Virus record (IMG/VR): IMGVR_UViG_3300008113_000379 | Span: 1-56,669 of that record | DNA: 56,669 bases | Source of the DNA: a virus | Lineage: Duplodnaviria > Caudoviricetes | Strand: one strand, 5' to 3' | Shown here: positions 1 to 8,345 of the stretch, piece by piece | How the letters are laid out: each line of letters opens with the position of its first letter | Numbering within the stretch: the stretch's first letter is position 1 | The notes under the pieces: generated by a model | Database searches by the model: none | Told to the model about the DNA's origin: nothing | What the model saw: only the letters and a program-made list of their open reading frames with translations | Translations under genes and position numbers: made by a program

Positions 1-2
1 AC

Positions 3-329
3 AATGTTCCTCAAGCAGAAATGCCAGGTACAATCGTTATCTTCAGCGATATGCAATTTGATTCTGGGGTGTCTCACGATGACTCCGCAATCGAAATGAT
101 TGCACGTAAGTACGAAGGTGCTGGCTACACAATCCCAAAGGTTGTGTTCTGGAACTTGAACGCCGCATACGGTAACAGTCCAGTTAAGTTTAACAAGGCA
201 GGTGTTGCGCTAGTCTCAGGATTTAGCCCAGCAATTGCACAAAGTATTCTAACTGGCAACTTGGATGACTTCTCACCGGAAGCAATCATGTTGAAGACCG
301 TTATGAAGGCACGATACGATTTAGCATAA
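3..329 (+). CDS. DUF2828/vWA-domain protein (TROVE-like architecture), C-terminal part; gene starts before window
   Basis: Frame is open from the window edge; motifs IVIFSDMQFD, VVFWNL and VALVSGFSP match the DUF2828 vWA C-terminus. Confidence 0.75.
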   Translation, partial: NVPQAEMPGTIVIFSDMQFDSGVSHDDSAIEMIARKYEGAGYTIPKVVFWNLNAAYGNSPVKFNKAGVALVSGFSPAIAQSILTGNLDDFSPEAIMLKTVMKARYDLA

Positions 330-342
330 GCTAAATAGTAGT

Positions 343-540
343 AGCAGATGCCTCAGGGCATCTGTTTATATAAGTATACCATATCAGTACCCTGCCCGAT
401 AAGACAGGCTCTACTAAGCAAAAGAGATATTGTGTGCTTATATAAACGCCCTAGACAAACATCGCATTATATAGAGTTTACACACTCAATCGTTCTTTAA
501 TTAATTAGTTTACATTTAGCGCATCTAGGGCGTTTTTATT
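343..540 (+). ncRNA. Candidate structured non-coding RNA with three consecutive stem-loops
   Basis: Hairpin 345-364; 16-bp stem 364-379/432-447 with two G-U pairs and nested helices; perfect 12-bp stem 444-455/524-535 followed by a T-run; TAAATA at 332-337; no ORF in the track. Confidence 0.5.
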
Positions 541-545
541 TGCGC

Positions 546-574
546 TTGACAATAATCCCAAAATCGTTTATAAT
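546..574 (+). promoter_or_regulatory. sigma70-type early promoter
   Basis: TTGACA-17nt-TATAAT, with a GGAG RBS downstream. Confidence 0.8.
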
Positions 575-596
575 AACTCTAATGAAGGAGAATAAC

Positions 597-1091
597 ATGC
601 CGTGGATTCAAAATGTAGCATTGAGTGATATCAAAAAAGGTAGACACTATGATCCAGGACCCAACAACCTGTTGATTCAGATTGTTGATTGTGGTATGGA
701 GTTCCCCGAACCTCATTACAAGTTTAATACTGTTCACCAATTTCAATTCTTAGATTTGGAACGTGATGATAAATGCATTGAACCAGAAATGAAAATTACT
801 GATGACCAAGCAAAGAGTTTGGTTATACTACTAAAGCAAGCATTGCTTAATCGTAGTAATGTGATTGTGCATTGTGTTGCCGGTGTATGTCGTAGTGGTG
901 CAGTCGTAGAGGTTGGTGTAATGATGGGTTTTGATGATACGGAAGATTATCGTAGTCCCAATTTGTTAGTGAAACATAAAATGATGGATGTGTTGGGTTT
1001 GACGTATGATGAGAATGAACCCCATACTATCAATGGGGTAACATTAGACAGTGGATTGATTGTACCCAAGAATTATAAAGGTGATATTTAA
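597..1091 (+). CDS. Cys-dependent (PTP/DSP-like) phosphatase
   Basis: HCVAGVCRS = HCxxGxxRS; ATG 597 follows GGAG. Confidence 0.8.
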   Translation: MPWIQNVALSDIKKGRHYDPGPNNLLIQIVDCGMEFPEPHYKFNTVHQFQFLDLERDDKCIEPEMKITDDQAKSLVILLKQALLNRSNVIVHCVAGVCRSGAVVEVGVMMGFDDTEDYRSPNLLVKHKMMDVLGLTYDENEPHTINGVTLDSGLIVPKNYKGDI

Positions 1092-1319
1092 TTGTTTGTT
1101 GTAGAATGTAATGAGATTGAAAAAGAATTTGCTACACTTGATTTGGCAATGGACTATGCCAAGACATTAGATTCATTTGTTGTAATCAAGGGTAGTGGAT
1201 TTGAAGTCGCAGGTAAGTTTGGTGTTGATAGCGTTGAAAACGGAAAGACACCAGATGGTATCGCATACACATGGAACAAAGCAAGCCGTATTGGTAGAGT
1301 GAAGAGGGAACGGTTATGA
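1092..1319 (+). CDS. hypothetical protein
   Basis: 75 aa ORF tightly packed between neighbours; TTG start. Confidence 0.6.
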   Translation: MFVVECNEIEKEFATLDLAMDYAKTLDSFVVIKGSGFEVAGKFGVDSVENGKTPDGIAYTWNKASRIGRVKRERL

Positions 1320-1783
1320 ACAAGTGCTATCAATTAATTGGCGTACCGGGTGCAGGTAAGAGTACTTGGATTTGGAAGCAAAACTGGCTTGCTGGTATGG
1401 AATATGTTTCCACTGACCATCATGTAGAAGCATACGCCAAAGAACAAGGTAAGACTTATGAAGAAGTGTTTAAGGATTACATGCCCACAGCAGTGTACCT
1501 AATGGCTAAGGAAGTTGTTGCCGCAAGGGAAGCAGGTCGTGATGTAATCTGGGATCAAACTAGTACTACTATTGCTAGTCGTTCTAAAAAGTTTTATATG
1601 TTACCTGACTATTGGCATGTTGCAGTTGTATTTTCAACTCCTACAGTAGCAGTATTGAAGGAACGTTTGGCTAGTAGAGAATCTAGTGGAAAAATAGTCC
1701 CTTGGGATGTTGTGCAAAGAATGATTGATAATTGGGAAGAGCCTACCCTAGAAGAAGGTTTTAAAGAAATTTGGAGAATTTAA
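1316..1783 (+). CDS. P-loop kinase, polynucleotide-kinase-like (AAA_33)
   Basis: GVPGAGKST Walker A, IWDQT, ERLASR lid, PTLEEGF. Confidence 0.8.
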   Translation: MNKCYQLIGVPGAGKSTWIWKQNWLAGMEYVSTDHHVEAYAKEQGKTYEEVFKDYMPTAVYLMAKEVVAAREAGRDVIWDQTSTTIASRSKKFYMLPDYWHVAVVFSTPTVAVLKERLASRESSGKIVPWDVVQRMIDNWEEPTLEEGFKEIWRI

Positions 1784-1784
1784 T

Positions 1785-2387
1785 ATGCCTAGTGTATTTT
1801 TAGTTAGTGACACACACTTTGGACACATGGGTGTATGTAAATTCACACGCAATGATGGTGTAACCAAGTTACGTCCATGGGATAGTCCTGAGGAAATGGA
1901 TGAAGAAATGGTCAAGCGTTGGAACGAAACTGTTCGCCCGAACGATAAAGTTTATCACTTGGGTGATGTTGTTATTAACCGCAAGGCATTAAAGACATTA
2001 CATCGTTTGAACGGTGACAAGGTATTGATTCGTGGTAACCATGATATATTCCGTGACACTGAATACAATGAATATTTTCGTGAATTGCGAGCCTATCATG
2101 TTATGAACGGTATGATATTGAGTCATATCCCGGTACATGAAGAAAGTTTGGGTCGTTTTGGGGTCAACATTCATGGTCATTTGCACGCCAATCGTGTTAA
2201 AAAGCCCCGTGGATATGATGTTAAGACTAGCACTATGTTGTACAGTGATGAAATTGATCCAAGATATCATTGTGTATGCGTAGAACAAACAGACTTTCGT
2301 CCTATATTGTTTGAAGATGTTATAAAACGCATCAAAGACGAAGGTGGGGAAGTAGGATTCAAATCAGGAAACGGTCCTACAATGTAA
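1785..2387 (+). CDS. calcineurin-like metallophosphoesterase
   Basis: DTHFGH, LGD, GNHD, SHIP and HGHLH motifs. Confidence 0.9.
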   Translation: MPSVFLVSDTHFGHMGVCKFTRNDGVTKLRPWDSPEEMDEEMVKRWNETVRPNDKVYHLGDVVINRKALKTLHRLNGDKVLIRGNHDIFRDTEYNEYFRELRAYHVMNGMILSHIPVHEESLGRFGVNIHGHLHANRVKKPRGYDVKTSTMLYSDEIDPRYHCVCVEQTDFRPILFEDVIKRIKDEGGEVGFKSGNGPTM

Positions 2388-2413
2388 ATAGACCCTTCGG
2401 GGTCTATTTTTTT
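2386..2413 (+). terminator. rho-independent terminator
   Basis: AAATAGACCC-TTCG-GGGTCTATTT followed by a T-run. Confidence 0.9.
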
Positions 2414-2426
2414 GGCTAAATACTAT

Positions 2427-2543
2427 ATGAACTATATTGAGTGGATAGAAAATACTTGGTTATATTTATTGCTTATGCTATGGTTCTCCGTCGTAGGATT
2501 CAGTTTAGGCCTATTTATAGGGTTTGCGGTTATCCTATTATAG
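2427..2543 (+). CDS. 38 aa membrane peptide (not in ORF track)
   Basis: MNYIEWIENTWLYLLLMLWFSVVGFSLGLFIGFAVILL; TAAATA 4 nt upstream. Confidence 0.5.
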   Translation: MNYIEWIENTWLYLLLMLWFSVVGFSLGLFIGFAVILL

Positions 2544-2580
2544 TGTTATTCTGATAGCATCCTGCTACAATAAATATTCT

Positions 2581-3393
2581 ATGCGTAAAATTTTAATATC
2601 TTTATTATTCCTACCTTTAGTCTGTTTTGCACATCCTAATAGCGTAGTGTACAATGTAACAAATGATACCGTATTACATGGATCTTTGTACTGTGAAGAA
2701 GTTAGCATTGCTAGTATAAGCAAGTTAATGACTGTATACACAGTATTACAATATAATCAAAACATGGATGAGAAACTTACTGTCACTGGTAACAAGGTTG
2801 TAAATACTAAGTTACGCAAAGGAATGATCCTTGCTCGACAAGAATTGATTAATTTGGCGTTGGTCAGTAGTGACAACTTAGCCGCAATAACTCTGGCAGA
2901 AAATTTTCCAGGGGGAATGAATCATTTCATATATCATATGAATAACAATTCAAAAACTTTAGGTATGCATCAAACTGGATTTGTTGAACCGACTGGACTT
3001 AGCCCAATGAATCATAGCACAGTGGGTGATATAATAAAACTAACCAAAGCAGTAAGCGAATACACTATAGTACAGCACGCCGCACAAACACAACGTGTAG
3101 TATCACCAGTTGAACTATCAAAAAATAACAAAAAAACTAAAAAGAAAAAGAAAAGAAAAGCAGTCAAAGAACCTAAGGCACAAGTTGTTGCTGGTAATTC
3201 CACTAGTCGTTACTTTGGTCATGAAGGATTGATAACTATAAAGACTGGCTTTACAAATGCCGCAGGGTTTTGTATAACTATGCTATTGTATTCTAATAAT
3301 CAATTGTATAACATAACTGTATTAGGTGCACGAACAAAACAAGAACGTGAAAAATTAGTTAAACAAAGTTTAGCTAAAATTTATAACACATAA
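2581..3393 (+). CDS. D-Ala-D-Ala carboxy/endopeptidase, peptidase S11 (PBP5/PBP7-like)
   Basis: Signal peptide; SISK (SxxK), SDN and KTG motifs; Lys-rich insertion. Confidence 0.9.
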   Translation: MRKILISLLFLPLVCFAHPNSVVYNVTNDTVLHGSLYCEEVSIASISKLMTVYTVLQYNQNMDEKLTVTGNKVVNTKLRKGMILARQELINLALVSSDNLAAITLAENFPGGMNHFIYHMNNNSKTLGMHQTGFVEPTGLSPMNHSTVGDIIKLTKAVSEYTIVQHAAQTQRVVSPVELSKNNKKTKKKKKRKAVKEPKAQVVAGNSTSRYFGHEGLITIKTGFTNAAGFCITMLLYSNNQLYNITVLGARTKQEREKLVKQSLAKIYNT

Positions 3394-3428
3394 TATTAGC
3401 ATTTTATGTGTAATGTATAAATACACAT

Positions 3429-3893
3429 ATGCTACATTTTATCAAAGACCTAACAGACAAACTACTAGAGTTCATCAAGGATGACCCTGTACGTCCTGAA
3501 ATACCAACTGACTTTAGAGTAAGTGACGGTAGAATGGTAGCCGCATTGGTTGATGAAGAAAAACCAGATGCAATGGTTTGTGTTAGTTTCCATGATTTTG
3601 TTCCTGAAAATACAAACGATTTAAAGACTACCGCAGTAGTACCTACAACCGCAGTGTTCTACACAATTTGGAGCTACAAGAGTGGCAAAGGACAACAGTT
3701 ATTGATTGAGGCAGTAAAGGGAATCCAGCGTGATTATCCTAGTGTTACTAGATTTGTTACATTAAGCCCTAAGACAGAAGTGGCCAGACGTTTTCATTTG
3801 CGTAATGGTGCAATAGTTTTTCGTGAAAATCTGGACACTATAAATTATGAGTATGTAAAGCCAGAGCAAGAAAATATCGATCCCACTAAATAA
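3429..3893 (+). CDS. conserved phage protein, possible GNAT-like fold
   Basis: DDPVRP, FYTIWSY..GKG and FHLRNGA motifs. Confidence 0.55.
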   Translation: MLHFIKDLTDKLLEFIKDDPVRPEIPTDFRVSDGRMVAALVDEEKPDAMVCVSFHDFVPENTNDLKTTAVVPTTAVFYTIWSYKSGKGQQLLIEAVKGIQRDYPSVTRFVTLSPKTEVARRFHLRNGAIVFRENLDTINYEYVKPEQENIDPTK

Positions 3894-3896
3894 AGT

Positions 3897-4337
3897 GTGG
3901 ACATTAGATACTTTTATCAAACAAATCAACATAGTTACAACCGCGAAGCTATCATAGATTCGTTTGCCAAAGCCATATCAAAAGCAATTGAGTTGCCGGA
4001 AATACTAGAAGTCTGTTTATATGACTTAGGTGAGAGTGTTTACGGTGGTATAGATTTGTATCGCATCAATAGGATTGGCCTACACTATAACATACCTCTC
4101 GACTCACTACCAAAAATATTAGCGCATGAATTAGTACATGTACATCAAAAACACAAAGGTTATTTGAAGATAACACGTGACCACAAATGCTATTGGCATG
4201 GAATTTTCGTAACAAAAAAATTACCGGATGAAATGACGTATGAGGAGTATATGAATTTACCTTGGGAATATGATGCATATACCAGACAAACAAAAGTACT
4301 ACAACAGGCAATGGATATACTAGAACAAGGTATTTGA
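3897..4337 (+). CDS. HExxH zinc metallopeptidase-like protein
   Basis: AHELVHVHQ plus downstream PWEYDAY. Confidence 0.7.
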   Translation: MDIRYFYQTNQHSYNREAIIDSFAKAISKAIELPEILEVCLYDLGESVYGGIDLYRINRIGLHYNIPLDSLPKILAHELVHVHQKHKGYLKITRDHKCYWHGIFVTKKLPDEMTYEEYMNLPWEYDAYTRQTKVLQQAMDILEQGI

Positions 4338-4387
4338 CAATAAATCGGTTTTCCTAACTTGACTAATAATCAGTTTGGGTTTATAAT
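4334..4387 (+). promoter_or_regulatory. truncated early promoter followed by a complete one
   Basis: TTGACAATAAATCGGTTT with no -10, then TTGACT-17nt-TATAAT (4359-4387). Confidence 0.7.
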
Positions 4388-4394
4388 TGTGGTT

Positions 4395-4916
4395 ATGAAA
4401 ACAGTAACAGAACACCTCAAAGAACGTCACCTTAATGTTGACTTACATCTTCCAATGGTCGATGAAGTTGAACGTGTTGCTACTTTTTATTTATACAACC
4501 TTAGCGGTCAATTGGTTGGATATCAACAATACAGACCTGAGGGTGACAAGAAGCCCAACAACAATCCTAAGCTAGGAAAATACTACACATACCGCAAGCA
4601 ACCTACACTAGCGGTTTGGGGTGTGGAAAGTTTGTTTTTAAGCCCCAATGTCGTGTTTGTGTGTGAGGGTCTATTTGATGCGGCCAGACTTACTGAGCGT
4701 GGTTTTAGTGCGTTAGCAGTGCTATCAAACAACCCTAGTCCCGACTTACGCAACTGGCTTACTTGTCTTAATAGAAAAGTAGTAGCCGTTTGTGACAATG
4801 ATGTTGCCGGTCGTAAGTTAGCAAAATTCGGTGATGTAGTACTTTTTACTGAAGAAAAGGATCTTGGTGATAGCAGTGATGAATATGTTACAAAAGTATT
4901 ACAAATGCACTGTTGA
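4395..4916 (+). CDS. small Toprim-domain (primase-like) protein
   Basis: VCEGLFDA, CDND.AG and KDLGD Toprim motifs; no zinc-binding domain. Confidence 0.75.
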   Translation: MKTVTEHLKERHLNVDLHLPMVDEVERVATFYLYNLSGQLVGYQQYRPEGDKKPNNNPKLGKYYTYRKQPTLAVWGVESLFLSPNVVFVCEGLFDAARLTERGFSALAVLSNNPSPDLRNWLTCLNRKVVAVCDNDVAGRKLAKFGDVVLFTEEKDLGDSSDEYVTKVLQMHC

Positions 4917-4941
4917 CAATAAATCAAATTGGGTATACAAT
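4913..4941 (+). promoter_or_regulatory. early promoter (repeat family)
   Basis: TTGACAATAAATCAAATTGGGTATACAAT. Confidence 0.85.
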
Positions 4942-4970
4942 AGCATCTTATTCACTTGAAAGGGCCAATT

Positions 4971-5189
4971 ATGTCTTACGATATTGATATGTTTGTGAAC
5001 ACTAACAAAGCGTACATCACTTTTGAGGACCAGTCTGATGAAGATGAATCTCAATCTCAATTTGAGAAACTTGTTAACTTTGATAAAGTTAATACAGAAG
5101 CATACCCTGTGCTTGTCTACGAAATGAATACTAAAGCAGTAGCTTGGTATGACATAGAAATGTTCATGGGATTTGCAAAAGTAGACTAA
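4971..5189 (+). CDS. hypothetical acidic protein
   Basis: ORF directly after a promoter. Confidence 0.6.
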   Translation: MSYDIDMFVNTNKAYITFEDQSDEDESQSQFEKLVNFDKVNTEAYPVLVYEMNTKAVAWYDIEMFMGFAKVD

Positions 5190-5194
5190 AAGTG

Positions 5195-5237
5195 TTATAT
5201 ACCCAATCTTGACAATAAATCAGATTGGGTATATAAT
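5195..5237 (+). promoter_or_regulatory. early promoter inside a perfect 15-bp inverted repeat
   Basis: TTATATACCCAATCT-tgacaataaatc-AGATTGGGTATATAA; -35 at 5209, -10 at 5232. Confidence 0.85.
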
Positions 5238-5267
5238 GCATTTATCAATTCACTAAAGGAGCAATTC

Positions 5268-5591
5268 ATGTTTGAAAAAGAAACTGAACACAAATCTGCT
5301 GGTAAATTTGCTTGGTTCGCTGAACGTGATGCACGTATGCGTAGTGCAGTAAATAGTTCTCTTTTTTCTGATAGTCAAAAACTTAGGGCCGAGCAAGTCA
5401 AATTGGGCCTCGAACTTGTCTACAATGCTGATAAATTTTATATTGAATTTCGTAAGAAATTTATTAGTGTTAAAGTACAAAAGCCTAGGGTCAAAGATAG
5501 AAAGACATTGGACCTACTTGAACAAGATTACAAGAGTGAAGGTTACACAAAAGTATTAACCAAACAGGGTTTTACATACAGAATTTCTTAA
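5268..5591 (+). CDS. hypothetical protein
   Basis: AAGGAG RBS; follows a promoter. Confidence 0.7.
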   Translation: MFEKETEHKSAGKFAWFAERDARMRSAVNSSLFSDSQKLRAEQVKLGLELVYNADKFYIEFRKKFISVKVQKPRVKDRKTLDLLEQDYKSEGYTKVLTKQGFTYRIS

Positions 5592-5594
5592 TAA

Positions 5595-5673
5595 AAATGA
5601 ATACTTAAGTATTCATTTGTGTGTCAGGTGCTCTAGGACCAATTCTATCGTTGGCCTCAAACTCTGACACACA
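5595..5673. repeat. 24-bp perfect palindrome plus an adjacent nested stem-loop
   Basis: AAATGAATACTTAAGTATTCATTT (5595-5618); TGTGTGTCAG 5618-5627 / CTGACACACA 5664-5673 enclosing AGG-CCAA..TTGG-CCT. Confidence 0.75.
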
Positions 5674-5692
5674 CTCAAAGAAAACAAAAAGG

Positions 5693-5721
5693 TTGACGAT
5701 AAATCACTTTGGGTATATAAT
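5693..5721 (+). promoter_or_regulatory. early promoter (repeat family)
   Basis: TTGACGATAAATCACTTTGGGTATATAAT. Confidence 0.85.
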
Positions 5722-5727
5722 ACTTAC

Positions 5728-6066
5728 ATGAACTCAAAAATCAACCGCAAACGTAGAACAGACCGCAATCAAGTCATCTACTACATTCAAGACACTGTAA
5801 CACTTGAGTACTACATTGGTTTGACTGCTGTTTGTTTTGCAGGTAATGTTCGTAAGACACTTACCCGTCGTATGCAAAAGCATATGCAACGTGCTATGAC
5901 TGAGAACAAAGATTGGGGTTTGTCACGTGCTTTGCGTGAACGAGGTGCAGAGCGTTTTGTATTCGGTGTTGTTGAGGTAGTGAGAGGCAAGCGTCCTGCT
6001 CATAGCCGCGAGACTGAATTGATTAACACATTGCAACCAGCATTAAACACATTTGGAGTAAAATGA
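5728..6066 (+). CDS. GIY-YIG nuclease-like protein
   Basis: VIY..YYIG, R..KH, conserved E and LN. Confidence 0.75.
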   Translation: MNSKINRKRRTDRNQVIYYIQDTVTLEYYIGLTAVCFAGNVRKTLTRRMQKHMQRAMTENKDWGLSRALRERGAERFVFGVVEVVRGKRPAHSRETELINTLQPALNTFGVK

Positions 6067-6290
6067 AATTAAACGATATCCTACAATGGGCCGGCGCAGT
6101 ATTCATTATCGCAGGACACGTGTGCAATGCAATTGGCCCTAGTGTTTATCCCTACAACATTGTAGCATTCACATTAGGTACAATCATGTTTATGACATGG
6201 ACCATTCGTGTTAAGAATCGTCCGCAGTTGGTAGTAAACATTGTGGCAATTGTCACTTGTTTGTTGGGCTTGTTTAACGCATGGAAATAA
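6063..6290 (+). CDS. small membrane protein
   Basis: Three hydrophobic segments; overlaps the upstream stop. Confidence 0.7.
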   Translation: MKLNDILQWAGAVFIIAGHVCNAIGPSVYPYNIVAFTLGTIMFMTWTIRVKNRPQLVVNIVAIVTCLLGLFNAWK

Positions 6291-6302
6291 AAGGAGAATA
6301 TT

Positions 6303-6695
6303 ATGCCCTGCAGAAGTTATGAGGATGATTATCGTTCAGGCGAGCCAACTGATAGTTGGCAATATAAAGAACTTAAAGCAAACAACGACAAACTTGCCCG
6401 CATTGCCTGTAAGGCAATGACTGAGTTGGTCAAAAGCGGCTATGCTGATTTTTTGGTTCTTAAAGATGATGAGGTTCGTGATTGGTGGGAAAAACATCAG
6501 GAAGCGGATCGCAAGGCACGTGAGAAAGAGGAACGCAAAAAACAAGTAGCCAAAACTAGGCGTGAGGCTTTGAAGAAATTGTCCGATGAAGAAAAGATTG
6601 CTTTAGGTCTAACAAAGTTATCCAAAAAAGAACAAACAGAAATGTTAGAAGATGCATTGGAAGAGGTAGCAAAGACTTTAGGAGTTAAAAAATGA
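6303..6695 (+). CDS. hypothetical protein
   Basis: AAGGAG RBS; MPC..., WWEKHQEAD, ALKKLSDEEKIALGL. Confidence 0.7.
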   Translation: MPCRSYEDDYRSGEPTDSWQYKELKANNDKLARIACKAMTELVKSGYADFLVLKDDEVRDWWEKHQEADRKAREKEERKKQVAKTRREALKKLSDEEKIALGLTKLSKKEQTEMLEDALEEVAKTLGVKK

Positions 6696-6982
6696 TGCAA
6701 GATTTTTATTTTGAACAGACCAGAGAATCATTGATTGACGAATGGTCACAAGGTCCTACACTGCCAGAAATAGAACAACGTTTAAATATTGTGCGGGTCA
6801 GTTTTAGAGTATATTATTCTAAAGATAACCTTACTCGCCGACTGTTTGTATTTCGTGCCCACTGTACTCCTATTGAAATTGAAACAATGTTGGATATGGG
6901 CTTTGTGTTTGCACAAGATGGCGATACAGAAAATATTCCTGATAAACCCGTAGCTGATAAACCCGTAGAGGAAGAAGTATGA
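6692..6982 (+). CDS. hypothetical protein
   Basis: Translationally coupled ORF. Confidence 0.6.
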   Translation: MMQDFYFEQTRESLIDEWSQGPTLPEIEQRLNIVRVSFRVYYSKDNLTRRLFVFRAHCTPIEIETMLDMGFVFAQDGDTENIPDKPVADKPVEEEV

Positions 6983-7260
6983 ACTATGAATATATTGGAT
7001 GGTGTAAACAAGAAAACCATGATAAAGTCTGGGGCATTATTCGTTTAGATGGACACAAGTGTGTATCATTCTGGGGACGCCGCGGCGCCAAGTTACAGAC
7101 AAAGATGCTTAGTGCATCAATTTGGGACGCAGAAGATATGTTTCGTAAAAAAGAAAATAAAGGGTATATGAATATTCCTAAATATAGATTGGATGAGGTA
7201 TACCCAGAGTTTGAAACTGATTTGGAAAAAACAGCAATGTGGGCAATGTTGAAACTATGA
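6979..7260 (+). CDS. WGR-domain protein
   Basis: HDKVW..SFWGRRG..KKENKGY. Confidence 0.7.
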   Translation: MNYEYIGWCKQENHDKVWGIIRLDGHKCVSFWGRRGAKLQTKMLSASIWDAEDMFRKKENKGYMNIPKYRLDEVYPEFETDLEKTAMWAMLKL

Positions 7261-7314
7261 TGTACTTTACCAAAAATACTAGGACTTATTTGAGTTATAC
7301 TGTACAATAGTAAC

Positions 7315-7599
7315 ATGATAAATTTTAAATTTTCAATTGAATACCCTTTCACTAGGTTAGCATTCAATCATAGTTTCAATCGTTCTTGGGAAACATTTTT
7401 CAAAAACAAATACTTTGAATTTGAAGTGTTGCGGGATTGTGAATATCTAATTAATTTTAATTTTAATTGGACAACTAGATGCGACCATGCAGGTGTTAGA
7501 CTTGAATTGGGTTTGTTTGGATATGCGCTAATATTTCACTTTTATGATAATAGACATTGGGACTATAAAACAAACGATTGGATGACACATGAGTGTTAG
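7315..7599 (+). CDS. hypothetical protein
   Basis: ORF with DHAG..FYDNRHWD. Confidence 0.65.
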   Translation: MINFKFSIEYPFTRLAFNHSFNRSWETFFKNKYFEFEVLRDCEYLINFNFNWTTRCDHAGVRLELGLFGYALIFHFYDNRHWDYKTNDWMTHEC

Positions 7600-7903
7600 T
7601 ATAAACTCTACAGTAAGTACACCCACCCCATTGTTGGATTATACCTTACGGCATAGACATGAACTTGAATTGCGAAAAGAAGAATTGCGAAAAGAAGTTT
7701 TCAATAAACATTATGACAGGGTAGATGAATATTATGATTGGAAAAGAATCAAGTACACTGAACAAAATAGATTAGAAGAAGAACGTGAATTACGTAAAAA
7801 TTTAGAAGAAATGCACCAATACGAAAATTTAAAAAATCGCACAGACTACAACAATTATAGATATCAATTTTACATTGGTACATTAGTGGATTGCTATATA
7901 TGA
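7589..7903 (+). CDS. hypothetical protein
   Basis: Coupled, charged ORF. Confidence 0.55.
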   Translation: MSVSINSTVSTPTPLLDYTLRHRHELELRKEELRKEVFNKHYDRVDEYYDWKRIKYTEQNRLEEERELRKNLEEMHQYENLKNRTDYNNYRYQFYIGTLVDCYI

Positions 7904-8130
7904 ACAGATTCCCCGGCCCAAATAGATTGCTAAGTTTGTTATATCCGCTATTTCTGATATCGGGTATAGTTTTTGTGCTTGGGTTAGTATATGGATTCAT
8001 TATGCATGACGAATATGACGAGGATGATGAAGTTACCATCACATTCAATTGTTCTCAAGTTTTAGGATCACAAAATAATTATCCTGAATTCGTTATTAAT
8101 CAATGTAAACAATTGAGGAGAGGTCTATGA
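7900..8130 (+). CDS. small membrane protein
   Basis: N-terminal TM segment, two Cys. Confidence 0.6.
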   Translation: MNRFPGPNRLLSLLYPLFLISGIVFVLGLVYGFIMHDEYDEDDEVTITFNCSQVLGSQNNYPEFVINQCKQLRRGL

Positions 8131-8345
8131 AATTGAAAGAACAAATCATACATGACATGTGTATGACCTATAGACATGATTATGGATTGCGTAAAACAGA
8201 TAATGATCCAACTTGGACAAGTGGCATGACTGAGCAGGATGCCAAAATGCTTTACAAAACAATGGAACAGATATATAATAACGACATTGAACCTATTATT
8301 GAACACTACAAAGGACAAGAAAATGCACTTAAGTCAAGTAAATGA
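8127..8345 (+). CDS. hypothetical protein
   Basis: AGAGG RBS; MCMTYRHDYGL. Confidence 0.65.
   Translation: MKLKEQIIHDMCMTYRHDYGLRKTDNDPTWTSGMTEQDAKMLYKTMEQIYNNDIEPIIEHYKGQENALKSSK

Noticed and set aside
343-540. tRNA gene
   Set aside because: No T-loop GTTCRA or cloverleaf found on either strand; none noticed elsewhere by eye, but tRNAscan was not run
5618-5673. Hammerhead or other known self-cleaving ribozyme
   Set aside because: No CUGANGA/GAAA core or other recognisable catalytic consensus on either strand; kept only as an unexplained structure
5728-6066. Group I intron or intein associated with the GIY-YIG gene
   Set aside because: Free-standing ORF with its own promoter; no interrupted host gene flanks it
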